Assembly (NCBI GenBank): GCA_046330295.1
Contig: JAXLTB010000001.1
Span: 87,207-151,206, forward strand
Length of the DNA stretch: 64,000 bases
DNA from: Solirubrobacterales bacterium
Lineage (GTDB): Bacteria; Actinomycetota; Thermoleophilia; Solirubrobacterales; 70-9
Direction: 5' to 3'
Of the stretch, positions 17,553 to 26,982 are shown piece by piece. The position numbers and the translations under genes were made by a program. Position 1 is the stretch's first letter. Each line of letters starts with the position of its first letter. The notes under the pieces were generated by a model. The model was not told where the DNA came from, searched no databases, and saw only the letters and a program-made list of their open reading frames with translations.

Positions 17553-17943
17553 GACGACGGGCTCGGCTCGAGGCTGCTCGAGTCTTCTTTCCGGACGCCG
17601 TCGAGCACAGTCCGGGCCTCTGATCGAACTCATGGGCATAGCGGCGGCGCCGCCCGCGACGCGGTCCGGTGAACTCGAATCGCCCCGTCGGATTCCAGCC
17701 ACTTCCGGCGAAGAGTGGCCGTCTCGGCGACCTATCCCCGTATATCGCCGCGCATCGGGATTCAGAGGCCAAACACGCAATCGCACGTATCCAGCGGTGG
17801 CTTGCAGACAATCGCGGAGCGTTCCGACAGATGCAACGACCCCGCGGTTGCTACCCCCGACTGCTACTCCCGCCCGAATCGGCCCCTACGATGATTGACG
17901 ACAACCAGCAGAAAGCGGCTGACTTGCAGTCGATTCGCGAAAA

Positions 17944-18017
17944 AGCGGCTGATGGGATTCGAACCCACGACCTTCTGCATGGCAAGCAGACGCTCTAGCC
18001 AGCTGAGCTACAGCCGC
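17944..18017 (-). tRNA. tRNA-Gly (anticodon GCC)
   Basis: Folded by hand from the reverse complement GCGGCTG-TA-GCTC-AGCTGGCTA-GAGC-G-TCTGC-TTGCCAT-GCAGA-AGGTC-GTGGG-TTCGAAT-CCCAT-CAGCCGC-T. Clean cloverleaf. CCA is not encoded. Confidence 0.9.
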
Positions 18018-18150
18018 ACGGGGCGGGATTCTAGCTTCCGCAGCCTGTGCTGGCGGGGAAGCCTCGCGCGTTGGCGGAATACTGGCGCCCTCCCCGCCCC
18101 AATCAGCACCCATGCGAGGACCGGCGGCGGCGGCGGGAGCAACCGCGCGC

Positions 18151-18982
18151 TCACTTGCCCCAGTTGTCTTCGTCGCAGAACAGAGTCGTGCATTGGATGC
18201 TGCGAAGCCGGGTGCGCTCGGCCGAGAAATCGGCCGGGGGAAACCAGCTCAGCCGAACCGATACTTCGCGGTGGTTTGTGAAGGTGTGGATCCCCGCCAG
18301 CCCTCCGTGCCTGATCGAGACGGGTGGGAAGGTGAAGTCACGGCTCTTGTGGTCGCCCGCCGAGGCGATCCGGAGGAACCTCCGCTTCGGCGCCGGGAAC
18401 CTCCGCGAGCGCGGAGTCGGCGGCTTGAGCGCCATGGAGGGCGATGTCAGCCCCACCTCCGCAACGCGCTGGCTGAGAGTCGAAGAGCGTCTGGACGTCG
18501 AGTCGCAGGCGATAGCCCTTGTCCGTCTTCGGCATCGAAACCGAACCTGGGACCGGGACCGGTTCTGAGTTGTAGCCCTGTTCGACGAACCGCTGCGGCG
18601 AACTGTCGGAACCGCAGGGAATCGGTTCGTAGGGGTAGGTGTAGACGCCATTTTCGAGGTGGGCATGGCGGTCGGCCAGGGTCGATACCTCCTTCGTCCT
18701 CAGCACGGCTTCCGAGACCTTCTCGACCAAGATCGGCCGATGCTTGATCGCCGTTTCGCGAAACGCGATTATCGAGCGGATGCTCCAGTCTCGCTCGAGC
18801 GCGTAGGTCCCGTGGTAGGGCTGGGGGATTTCGTCTCCGTAGTCGAGAGTCGCCGACTGCTGCCCGTCGACGGCGAGCTCGAAGCAGCAATTGCTCGCGG
18901 CGGACGCTGCCGAGGGCCAACTGGCCAGCATCGCCGGGATCGCGCAGCAGACCGCGAGCGTGAGGCGTCCCCAGATGGGCAC
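18151..18982 (-). pseudogene. Secreted hypothetical protein, apparently split by one frameshift
   Basis: Signal peptide MPIWGRLTLAVCCAIPAMLASWPSAASA. The ORF stops at 18338, but the protein-like continuation GDHKSRDFTFPPVSIRHGGLAGIHTFTNHREVSVRLSWFPPADF...CDEDNWGK runs in another frame to 18151. The shift is near the GGCGGGCG run at about 18355. Confidence 0.5.
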
Positions 18983-19115
18983 GGCATGAGGCTATGCCCG
19001 CCGGCTCCGGCAGTCAACGCCCCCACCACCCGAGCGCGGCCCCAGCTCGACCGGAAGCTGCCGGCGCCAGCTCATCCGCGGCGCTAGCCTGATCGTCGAA
19101 GGCTCCCATCCGACG

Positions 19116-20516
19116 ATGCTCTTCCGCCAGATAATCCACGAGGACCTCGGCTGCGCCTCCTACCTGGTCGCCGACCGCGAAAGCGGCGTCGGCGTCGTCG
19201 TCGACCCCCAGTGGGACATCGACCCCTACCGGCGGCTGGCGCGCCTGCACGGGGTGCGGATCGGCCACATCCTCGAGACCCACAACCACGCCGACCACGT
19301 CTCCGGGCACGGGCGGCTGGCGCGGACGACGGGTGCCACGATCCACATCCATCGGCTGGCGGAGGCCGAGTACGCGCACGAGCCCTTCGAGGACGGCTGG
19401 GTGCTGGCGTTGGGCGACATGACGATCGAGGCGATCCACACGCCCGGGCACCGTCCCGAGCACACCGCCTTCCTGCTGCGCGACGCGGGGCGCGACGGCG
19501 CCCCGTGGGCGGTCCTGGGCGGGGACTCGCTGTTCATCGGCGACGTCGCCCGGCCCGACCTCGCGGTGGAGCCCCGCGAGGGCGCCGCGGACATGTTCCG
19601 CTCCCTGCACGAGCGGTTGCTGGTGCTCGACGACGAGGTCGAGATCTGGCCCGGTCACCTCGGCGGCTCGCTCTGCGGCGGCGCGGGGATCGATCTCAAG
19701 ACTTCCTCGACGATCGGCTTCGAGCGCCGCCACAACCGTGCGCTCGGCATTGCCGAGGAGGCGGATTTCGTCGAGGACGCGGTCTCCTCGCTCGGCGATA
19801 GGCCGCCGAACGTCGAGCAGATCGTCGCCCTCAACCGGGGCCCCCTGGTCGAGGACTTCGGTACCCCGTCGCCGCTGACGCCCCATGAGGTCGAGGAGGC
19901 CGTCGTCGCCGGGGCCCTGGTCATCGACGGCCGCACCAACGAGGAGTTCGACGAGGCCCACGTCGCCGGCGCGCTCAGCACATCCTCCTACGACACCGGC
20001 TTCGCCACCAAGGTCTCCCGGGTCGCCCCCGACGGCGCCGAGATCATCGTCGTCGCCGCCTCCGACGGAGACGAGCGGCACGCCGCCGAGCTGCTGGCCG
20101 CGGTGGGCATGCGGGTGCGCGGGTTCCTCGAGGGCGGGATGACCGCCTGGCGCACGGAGGAGCGGCCGGTCCACAAGATCGAGCTGATCGACCCCGAGGA
20201 GCTGGCGCGGCGAGCCGAGGCGCCGGCGCCGCCGCTGATCCTCGACGTCCGCAACAACGCCGAGTACGCGTCCGAGCACATCCCCGGCTCCCTCCACATC
20301 CCCTACGGGGACCTGGCGGATCGGCTCGACGAGCTTCCCCGCGACCGCCCGATCGCGACGATCTGCCGCGGCGGCAAGCGCAGTGGTCTGGCCGCCTCGA
20401 TCCTGCAGCGCGAGGGCTTCGCCGACGTCGTCCACGTCGGCCAGGGGGTCCTGACCTGGCGCGACGCCGGCCATCCGGTGGAGAGCGGCGGCCGCGCTCC
20501 CAGCCCGGCGCTGTAG
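19116..20516 (+). CDS. MBL-fold persulfide dioxygenase fused to two rhodanese domains (CstB-like)
   Basis: 466 aa. Metallo-beta-lactamase motif ETHNHADHVSG plus HTPGH. Two C-terminal rhodanese modules, the second with active-site loop ICRGGKRS. Confidence 0.85.
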   Translation: MLFRQIIHEDLGCASYLVADRESGVGVVVDPQWDIDPYRRLARLHGVRIGHILETHNHADHVSGHGRLARTTGATIHIHRLAEAEYAHEPFEDGWVLALGDMTIEAIHTPGHRPEHTAFLLRDAGRDGAPWAVLGGDSLFIGDVARPDLAVEPREGAADMFRSLHERLLVLDDEVEIWPGHLGGSLCGGAGIDLKTSSTIGFERRHNRALGIAEEADFVEDAVSSLGDRPPNVEQIVALNRGPLVEDFGTPSPLTPHEVEEAVVAGALVIDGRTNEEFDEAHVAGALSTSSYDTGFATKVSRVAPDGAEIIVVAASDGDERHAAELLAAVGMRVRGFLEGGMTAWRTEERPVHKIELIDPEELARRAEAPAPPLILDVRNNAEYASEHIPGSLHIPYGDLADRLDELPRDRPIATICRGGKRSGLAASILQREGFADVVHVGQGVLTWRDAGHPVESGGRAPSPAL

Positions 20517-20518
20517 CG

Positions 20519-21163
20519 CTAGAGACCGGCCACGGCCAGCTCGATCGGGGTCTCGCCGGAGACGAGATCAAAGACCTTGCCGATCGAGTTCTCGGCGGTG
20601 AGGACCGCCGCCAGCACGGCGGCGACGTCGGCCCGCGGAATCTGCCCGCGATCGAGACGGGACCCGACCTCCACGCGGCCGGTCGGGGGTTCGTCGGTGA
20701 GGCTTCCGGGACGCACGATCGTGTAGTCGAGGCCGCTAGCCTCGAGTGCCTTGTCGGCCTCGGCCTTGGCCCGCAGGTACTCGCCGTGGACGTCGCCGCC
20801 CTCTGCCGGCGGCTCGGCTGCGCCCATCGCGCTGATCATCACGTAACGACCGACACCCTCGGCCCTGGCCGCCTCGATCAGCTTCAGGGCCCCACCGTAA
20901 TCCATCGTCCACTTGCGCTCGGCGCCGCTGCCGGGGCCGGCCCCGGCAGCGAAGACGACCGCATCCGCGCCCCGGACCGCGGTGGCGACGTCGTGGTCGG
21001 CCTCGAGATCGCAGAGCACCGGCTCGACGCCGACGGCATGGAGGTCGTCTTCCTGGCCGGGACTGCGGATCAGCCCCCAGACCGCGTTCCCCCGCTCCAC
21101 CAGCAACCTTCCCAGCATCAGTCCGATCTTGCCGTGCCCGCCCGCGATCGCGACCTCGATCAT
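20519..21163 (-). CDS. NAD(P)H-binding atypical SDR (NmrA/YwnB-like)
   Basis: 214 aa. N-terminal IAGGHGKIGLMLGRLL Rossmann motif and YLRAKAEAD. Convergent with the CstB-like gene. Confidence 0.85.
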   Translation of the reverse strand: MIEVAIAGGHGKIGLMLGRLLVERGNAVWGLIRSPGQEDDLHAVGVEPVLCDLEADHDVATAVRGADAVVFAAGAGPGSGAERKWTMDYGGALKLIEAARAEGVGRYVMISAMGAAEPPAEGGDVHGEYLRAKAEADKALEASGLDYTIVRPGSLTDEPPTGRVEVGSRLDRGQIPRADVAAVLAAVLTAENSIGKVFDLVSGETPIELAVAGL

Positions 21164-21281
21164 GCTCGGCTCCTTTCGTCGCCCGCCAGGACATGACAGG
21201 GGATCATCAATTTTGGGTAGTCTGTCCGCGTCTTAGACCCTCGGGAAACGGCCGCAAGGCGCAAGGCAGAGGAGGATCTCC

Positions 21282-22109
21282 ATGAATCGAAGCATGTTCG
21301 CAATCGCGGCCGCGGTGGCCCTGGCGGCAGCGATGCTGGCTCCCAGCGCCGCCTCAGCCTGGGCACCGGCCGGCTCGGCTCCGATCCACCCCGGCGTCCA
21401 GACCTTCACCGCCGGCGCCCAGTGCACCTCGAACTTCGTCTTCCAGGAAGGGTCCACGGTCTTCCTCGGCCAGGCCGCGCACTGCTCCGGCACCGGCGGA
21501 CAGACCGAAACCAACGGCTGCACCAGCGGCTCGCTGCCGATCGGCACCGCGGTGGAAGTGAGCGGAGCCAGCAAACTGGGCACCCTGGTCTACAACTCCT
21601 GGCTGACGATGCAGGCCGCCGGGGAGTCCGACCCGGATACCTGCGCGTACAACGACCTGGCGCTGATCCGCCTCGACCCCGCCGACGTGGGCGGCGTCAA
21701 CCCCTCGGTCCCGGGCTTCGGCGGCCCGACGGGGGTCGGCGCCGTCGGCGAACTCGGCTCGACGGTCTACTCCTACGGCAACTCCGAGCTGCGCGGCGGT
21801 GTGAGCAAGCTGAGCCCGAAGCAGGGAGTCGTCGTGCAGAACGAAGGCAACGGCTGGAGCCACAACGTGGTCACCCTATCCCCCGGCATCCCCGGCGACT
21901 CGGGCAGCGGCTTCATGAACGAATCGGGTCAGGCGATCGGCGTCCTCAGCACGCTCCAATTGGCGCCGCTCGCCGGCTCCAACGGAGTCGGCGACCTCGG
22001 CAAGGAGCTCGCCTACCTGCGGGCCCACAGCTCCTTCACGGGGCTGCAGCTGGTGCCCGGGACGGTTCCCTTCAACGCCAACCTGCTCGAAGCCGTCCTC
22101 GGCTCCTGA
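21282..22109 (+). CDS. Secreted trypsin-like (S1 family) serine protease
   Basis: Signal peptide MNRSMFAIAAAVALAAAMLAPSAASA. Catalytic triad contexts GQAAHCSG, YNDLALIRL and PGDSGSGF. Confidence 0.85.
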   Translation: MNRSMFAIAAAVALAAAMLAPSAASAWAPAGSAPIHPGVQTFTAGAQCTSNFVFQEGSTVFLGQAAHCSGTGGQTETNGCTSGSLPIGTAVEVSGASKLGTLVYNSWLTMQAAGESDPDTCAYNDLALIRLDPADVGGVNPSVPGFGGPTGVGAVGELGSTVYSYGNSELRGGVSKLSPKQGVVVQNEGNGWSHNVVTLSPGIPGDSGSGFMNESGQAIGVLSTLQLAPLAGSNGVGDLGKELAYLRAHSSFTGLQLVPGTVPFNANLLEAVLGS

Positions 22110-22132
22110 GGCCGCGGCTGGGGTCGACCGGG

Positions 22133-22531
22133 TCAGCCATCGAGGACCTGGTTCACGAGCCGGTCGGCCTCGGCGTTGTTCTCGCGCCGCACGTGGCGGA
22201 TCATCCAGCTGTCGAAATCGCTCAACGCCCGCTTCACCTCGGTGTGGAGTTCACGCATCGTCGCGTCCTTGACCTTGTAGCGGCCTTCGACCTGACGCAC
22301 CACCAGCTCGGAGTCCCCGATCAGCTCCAGCTCGGTGGCGCCGTGGGCGGCGGCCAGCTCGATTCCCAGCAGCAGCGCCCGGTACTCGGCGACGTTGTTG
22401 GTGGCGCGGCCGATTCGCTCGCCGCGCTCCTCCAGCACCTCGCCCTCGGGCCCGCGGACCACCGCTCCGATCGCGGCCGGGCCCGGGTTGCCCCGAGCGC
22501 CGCCGTCGACGTTCACGGTGATCCTGCTCAT
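22133..22531 (-). CDS. Ribonuclease H family protein (RNase HI-type)
   Basis: 132 aa. VDGGARGNPGPAAIGAVV, NNVAEYRALLLGIE, GDSELVV and NAEADRLVN carry the D-E-D-D residues. Confidence 0.85.
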   Translation of the reverse strand: MSRITVNVDGGARGNPGPAAIGAVVRGPEGEVLEERGERIGRATNNVAEYRALLLGIELAAAHGATELELIGDSELVVRQVEGRYKVKDATMRELHTEVKRALSDFDSWMIRHVRRENNAEADRLVNQVLDG

Positions 22532-22534
22532 CTC

Positions 22535-23218
22535 TCAGTGCCGAACCGCTTTGCCGTCGGCAGGGATCGGGGCCGAGAGGACGATCCGGCCGCCCTCGAT
22601 AGCCGTGGCGTTCCACTGCCGCGCCGCCGCGTCGAGCTGTGAGACCTCCAGGCCCTTGTCGAGCTCGAAGACGGGTCTCAGCTCGTCGTCGAGGTCGACT
22701 CCCCATTGGTACCAGGAGAGCTCCCAGGCGACGGTGATCCGGACCTGGTTCGCTGCTCCCGCCGAGGCGCCGACCGAGACCCAGGGCACGCCGAGCGTCC
22801 GCGCCAGGCCGGCGACGGTGTGACCGGCCTCGCTGGCGTTGAAGCGGGCGGCGGCGCGCTCGAAGGGGCTGACCGGGGACGCGGCGGCGGCCGGGCGGCC
22901 GGCCCGCTTCCCGGGAGCGGCCGGATCGGGAGTCGGGGCAGGCGGCGATGGCTGAGCATCCGGCGAGAGCTCCGGCAGGTCCGCCAGCTGCTTCGGGCGG
23001 CGCCGCAGCAGGCCCCTCAGACCGGCGGGGCGGGACCCCCCCGCCCCCGGGGGCGGGGAATCGGGTGCAGCCTCCCCCCAGCGCCAGCCGAGCCGCTCGG
23101 CGCGCCCGGTGCAGAGCTCGCAAACGGTGCGGCGATCGTCGCCTGCGAGGTAGCCGCGGACCTGCTCGCCGGCGAGGATCGTCCGGCCGCAGACGGCACA
23201 GGTCTGATCGGCGCTCAT
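22535..23218 (-). CDS. Hypothetical protein with N-terminal zinc-ribbon (CxxC...CxxC)
   Basis: 227 aa. MSADQTCAVCGRTI...RTVCELCTGR, then a Pro-rich linker and a conserved-looking C-terminal domain. 3 nt upstream of the RNase H gene. Confidence 0.7.
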   Translation of the reverse strand: MSADQTCAVCGRTILAGEQVRGYLAGDDRRTVCELCTGRAERLGWRWGEAAPDSPPPGAGGSRPAGLRGLLRRRPKQLADLPELSPDAQPSPPAPTPDPAAPGKRAGRPAAAASPVSPFERAAARFNASEAGHTVAGLARTLGVPWVSVGASAGAANQVRITVAWELSWYQWGVDLDDELRPVFELDKGLEVSQLDAAARQWNATAIEGGRIVLSAPIPADGKAVRH

Positions 23219-23264
23219 GGCGCCAAGTTAGCAGCGGGCACGAGGGGCCCGGGGGGCATCCCCG

Positions 23265-24047
23265 CTAGGCCTGCTGGAGGTGGGACTTGAGCCGCATAAC
23301 GGCCTTGGTGTGGAGCTGGGAGACCCGCGACTCGGTCACGCCGAGGACCTCGCCTATCTCCCGCAGGGTGAGGTTCTCGTAGTAGTAGAGGGCGACCACC
23401 AGCTGCTCGCGCTCGGGCAGCGAGCCGATTGCCTCGGTCAGTCGGTCCTTGACCTCGCTCGAGGCCAGTGCCTCCTGCGGGTCGGCGGCGGCGCCGTCGG
23501 CGATCGTGTCGAGCAGCGAGACCTGGTCACCGGAGGAGTCGGAGACGGTCCACAGCTCGTCGAGCGCATAGACCGAGGAGTTGGCGATTTCGAGCAGCGA
23601 ATTCTGCAGTTCCTCCTCGGACATGTTGAGCCTGACCGCCAGCTCCGCCTCGGTCGGGGCCCGCTGCAGCTCGTGCTCCAGCTTCGCCTGGGCGGCTTCG
23701 ATCTCGCGTGCCCGGGAGCGGACGGATCGCGGCACCCAGTCGAGCGAGCGCAGTTCGTCGATGATCGAGCCGCGAATGCGGGTCATCGCGAAGGTCTCGA
23801 ATTTGATCCCGCGCTCGGGCTCGAAGCGCTCGATCGCGCCGATCAGGCCGACCAACCCGTAGGAGATCAGATCAGCGTCCTCGACGTGGGCGGGAAGCCC
23901 GGCGCCGAGCCGGCCGGCGACGAACTTGACCATCGGCGAGTAGGCGACCACCAGGCGCTCCCTCGCGGTGTCGTCGCCTTGATCCTTGTAGCGTCGCCAC
24001 AGGTCGCGCAGCTCCACCTCTTTTACGCCTGCTTCCATATCCCTCAA
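23265..24047 (-). CDS. RNA polymerase sigma factor, FliA/WhiG (sigma-28) family
   Basis: 260 aa. Region 2 (DLISYGLVGLIGAIERFEPERGIKFETFAMTRIRGSIIDELR) and region 4 HTH (LTLREIGEVLGVTESRVSQLHTKAV). Confidence 0.9.
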   Translation of the reverse strand: MRDMEAGVKEVELRDLWRRYKDQGDDTARERLVVAYSPMVKFVAGRLGAGLPAHVEDADLISYGLVGLIGAIERFEPERGIKFETFAMTRIRGSIIDELRSLDWVPRSVRSRAREIEAAQAKLEHELQRAPTEAELAVRLNMSEEELQNSLLEIANSSVYALDELWTVSDSSGDQVSLLDTIADGAAADPQEALASSEVKDRLTEAIGSLPEREQLVVALYYYENLTLREIGEVLGVTESRVSQLHTKAVMRLKSHLQQA

Positions 24048-24078
24048 CCGATTCTACGGTCGTTGGCTGGGTTGGGGG

Positions 24079-24984
24079 TCATGCGCGGGGGTGGCTGGCG
24101 GCATAGGTGTCCCGGAGCCGAGCGGCGTCGACGCGGGTGTAGACCTGGGTGGTGGAGATCGAGGCGTGGCCGAGTAACTCCTGGATAGTACGCAGATCGG
24201 CGCCGCCCTCGAGCAGGTGGGTGGCGAACGAATGGCGCAGGGAATGCGGCGAGACGCCGGCGGCGAGCGCCGCCTCACGCGTCCAGAGGCCGAGACGCCT
24301 GGTGACGTCGGAGTTGGAGAGGCGGCGGCCACTCTTGGAGAGGAAGAGCGCCGGCTCGCGGGGATCGGTCGCGAGCGCCCGCCGCCCCCGTTCCAGGTAG
24401 CGTCGCAGCGCCCGCTGGGCGGGCTCGCCGACCGGCAGGATCCGCTCCTTGGACCCCTTGCCGAGCACCCGCAGCTGCTCGGTCTCGAAGTCGAGCGACC
24501 CGGTATCGAGGTTGACGAGCTCCTCGCAGCGCAGGCCGCACGAGTAGGCCAGCTCGAGCATCGCCCGGTCGCGCCGCTCCAACGGGGTGCGAGCGGGGAT
24601 CCGCTCCAGCAGCGAGCGCATCTGCTCGGTCGAGAGGACCCTCGGCAGCTTCTCGGAACGTTTCGGGCTCGAGACCAGCTCGGCCGGGTTCTGCCCGGTC
24701 CGCTCGGTGCGGACGAGGAAGCCGTAGAGGCCGCGGATCGAGGCCAGCTTGCGGGCGACCGTCGCCGGTGCGGCCCCGGCCGAGGAGAGCCCGGCGGCGA
24801 AGCGGCGCACGTCGCGGTGGCGGACGTCGCCGGGCCCAAGGCCCTGGGGCATGGCCCACTCGACGAAGCCGCCGAGGTCGACGCCGTAGGCGCGCCTGGT
24901 TCGCTCGGCGGCGCCGCGCGCGCGGAGGTCGCGGTCGTAGTCGGCCAGTGCCGTCTCCCAGCTCATCGGAAAGAGGTTCGCCAC
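24079..24984 (-). CDS. xerC: Site-specific tyrosine recombinase XerC/XerD
   Basis: 301 aa. Catalytic residues in context: AYSCGLRCEEL, HSLRHSFATHLL, LLGHASISTTQVYTRV. Confidence 0.9.
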   Translation of the reverse strand: MANLFPMSWETALADYDRDLRARGAAERTRRAYGVDLGGFVEWAMPQGLGPGDVRHRDVRRFAAGLSSAGAAPATVARKLASIRGLYGFLVRTERTGQNPAELVSSPKRSEKLPRVLSTEQMRSLLERIPARTPLERRDRAMLELAYSCGLRCEELVNLDTGSLDFETEQLRVLGKGSKERILPVGEPAQRALRRYLERGRRALATDPREPALFLSKSGRRLSNSDVTRRLGLWTREAALAAGVSPHSLRHSFATHLLEGGADLRTIQELLGHASISTTQVYTRVDAARLRDTYAASHPRA

Positions 24985-25000
24985 GCGGGCGCCCGTGCCT

Positions 25001-26038
25001 CTAGCCGATGTAGATCGGGGTTCCGACTTCGACCTGGTCGTAGAGTTCTTCGACGTCGGGGATGGACATCCGCACGCATCCGTGGGAGGCGGCCGAGCCG
25101 AGCGATTCGAGCTCTTCGGTACCGTGGATCCCGGCCCCTTCGAAGATCCCCATCCAGCGCGCCTTGATCGGATCGGCGGGCCCGGGTGGGATCACCTGGC
25201 CGGCCAGTTCGCCGGCCCAGGCGGAGTTGGGGACGTGCCAGGAGGGGTTCACCTGCTTTTCTTGGATGTGGTAGAGCCCTTCCGGCGTTTCGAGGCCTTC
25301 CTGGCCGACCGCGACGGTGTAGGACTTGGCCAGCTTCAGGTGCTTCCAGAGCCGCAGGGTGAAGGCGGCGCGGTCGAGGGTGAGGTAGGAGGGGTATTCG
25401 GCCGCGACCTCGTCGGTCGTCACTTCCGGCTTGGTCGTGTGGACGTGGGCGACCACGGCGTGGGGTGCCCCGGCGTTCAGGACCGCCTCTTCGAGTTCCT
25501 TCGTGAGCAGGTTGTCACGCAGCTTGCGCCCGTTCTTGCCGGCGACGACGTTGAGCGAGTCGGCGCCTGGGCTGACGGTCGCGTTCTGGGCTTCGCGGTC
25601 GACTTCTTCGGCGATGTGGCGGACGAAGCGGTCGATCGCGGGCTGGGAGTAGCTGAGATGGGCGGAGACCGGCTTGTCGACTTCTTCACCGGTTACGTAG
25701 CGGACGAGGCGGGTCGGCAAGCCGCCTTCCTGACTCTCTTCGACCGCCTGTTCGACGGCCGCGTGGACGTCGGCGCGGACCTTGAGCCGCTCGCCCGGGA
25801 GGGTCCAGGTATCGCCGCCGAAGTTGACCTTGAGGGAGTGGCGCAGTGGTGCCAGCAGGTGCCGGCGCACCGCGGCCGTGGCTTCTCCGGCGTCGAGGCC
25901 GCCGACGTCGACACCCGCGATCGTCACCCCGTCGGCGATCTTGTCCTTCTGGGTGCTGTCATACGCATAGGCGCCGGCGGCGAGGAGGATCACGGCCACC
26001 ACAGCGGCGACCATGCCTATCTGAGTCTTGCGTCCCAT
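25001..26038 (-). CDS. L,D-transpeptidase (YkuD domain) with N-terminal membrane anchor
   Basis: 345 aa. TM segment IGMVAAVVAVILLAAGAYA and catalytic motif GIHGT...SHGCVRM. Confidence 0.9.
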   Translation of the reverse strand: MGRKTQIGMVAAVVAVILLAAGAYAYDSTQKDKIADGVTIAGVDVGGLDAGEATAAVRRHLLAPLRHSLKVNFGGDTWTLPGERLKVRADVHAAVEQAVEESQEGGLPTRLVRYVTGEEVDKPVSAHLSYSQPAIDRFVRHIAEEVDREAQNATVSPGADSLNVVAGKNGRKLRDNLLTKELEEAVLNAGAPHAVVAHVHTTKPEVTTDEVAAEYPSYLTLDRAAFTLRLWKHLKLAKSYTVAVGQEGLETPEGLYHIQEKQVNPSWHVPNSAWAGELAGQVIPPGPADPIKARWMGIFEGAGIHGTEELESLGSAASHGCVRMSIPDVEELYDQVEVGTPIYIG

Positions 26039-26184
26039 CGTCTAAGTGCCGCTCACCCTCGGTCGACCCTGCACCCGGTTGCGAAAAGTCTAGGCATTCG
26101 GATCATTCGGCTTGGACATTCGTCTTCCCTGCAATTTCCCGTCTCGCAGGTTCTTATCGGCAGCTCGCGGGATATCTTTCGCCG

Positions 26185-26898
26185 ATGCGCTCCAAGGATG
26201 AGGTCCGCAAGGAGGTCTGGAAGGCGATGGATCGCGAGGGCGTTTCGCGCTTCCCCGGTGCCGAGGGCCGGATACCGAACTTCGCCGGCGCCAAGCTGGC
26301 GGCCGAGAAGCTCGCCGGCCACCGGCTCTGGAAGCGCGCCCGGGTCATCAAGGCCAATCCGGACTCACCGCAGACGCACTCCCGCAGGATCGCCCTCGAC
26401 GAGGGCAAGATCGTGATCATGGCCGTCCCCCGCCTGCGCGACCCGCACCCCTTTCGCGTCCTCGACCCGTCCAAGCTCTCGAAGCAGGCGGTGAAGGAAG
26501 CGGCGACGATCAAGGGGGCGCTCAAGCACGGGCGGGTGGTCGCCCTCGACGATCTGCCGGAGATCGACTTCGTCCTCTGCGGCTCGGTCGCGGTCAACCT
26601 GAGTGGGGCGCGAATCGGCAAAGGCGGCGGCTACCACGACCTCGAGTACGGGATCCTGGTCGACGCCGGCAAGATCGACAGCCACACCACGGTCGCGACC
26701 ACCGTCCATCCGATTCAGATCCTGCGCCAGCACCTGATGGTCACCGCCCATGACCTGCCTTGCGATCTGATCGCGACGCCGCGGGCCGTGATCGAAGTCG
26801 AGCGCCAGTACGAGCGCCCGCGCGGCATCCTCTGGGACCACCTGCAGCCGCCACAGATCCGCGAGATCCCGGTGCTGGAACGGATGGGTTACGCGTAG
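26185..26898 (+). CDS. 5-formyltetrahydrofolate cyclo-ligase family protein
   Basis: Internal ATG 26185 of the 25846 ORF. The family call rests on the MRSKDEVRKEVW N-terminus, GRIPNFAGA, and GKGGGYHDLEY. Confidence 0.8.
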   Translation: MRSKDEVRKEVWKAMDREGVSRFPGAEGRIPNFAGAKLAAEKLAGHRLWKRARVIKANPDSPQTHSRRIALDEGKIVIMAVPRLRDPHPFRVLDPSKLSKQAVKEAATIKGALKHGRVVALDDLPEIDFVLCGSVAVNLSGARIGKGGGYHDLEYGILVDAGKIDSHTTVATTVHPIQILRQHLMVTAHDLPCDLIATPRAVIEVERQYERPRGILWDHLQPPQIREIPVLERMGYA

Positions 26899-26982
26899 GC
26901 GGGCGCAACCTCGCTCAACCCCGCCGGCGCGAGTCGGTGGCGAGAGTTCGATGCCTTCGATCTGATTCTGGACCCGGACCGA

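Noticed and set aside
12320-17943. Searched for a direct repeat of the tRNA-Gly 3' end that would define the far att boundary of the island
   Set aside because: No convincing copy was found by eye. Only a TTCGAA-containing stretch near 13971 shows poor overall identity. The island boundary therefore remains undefined, and a computational repeat search is required.
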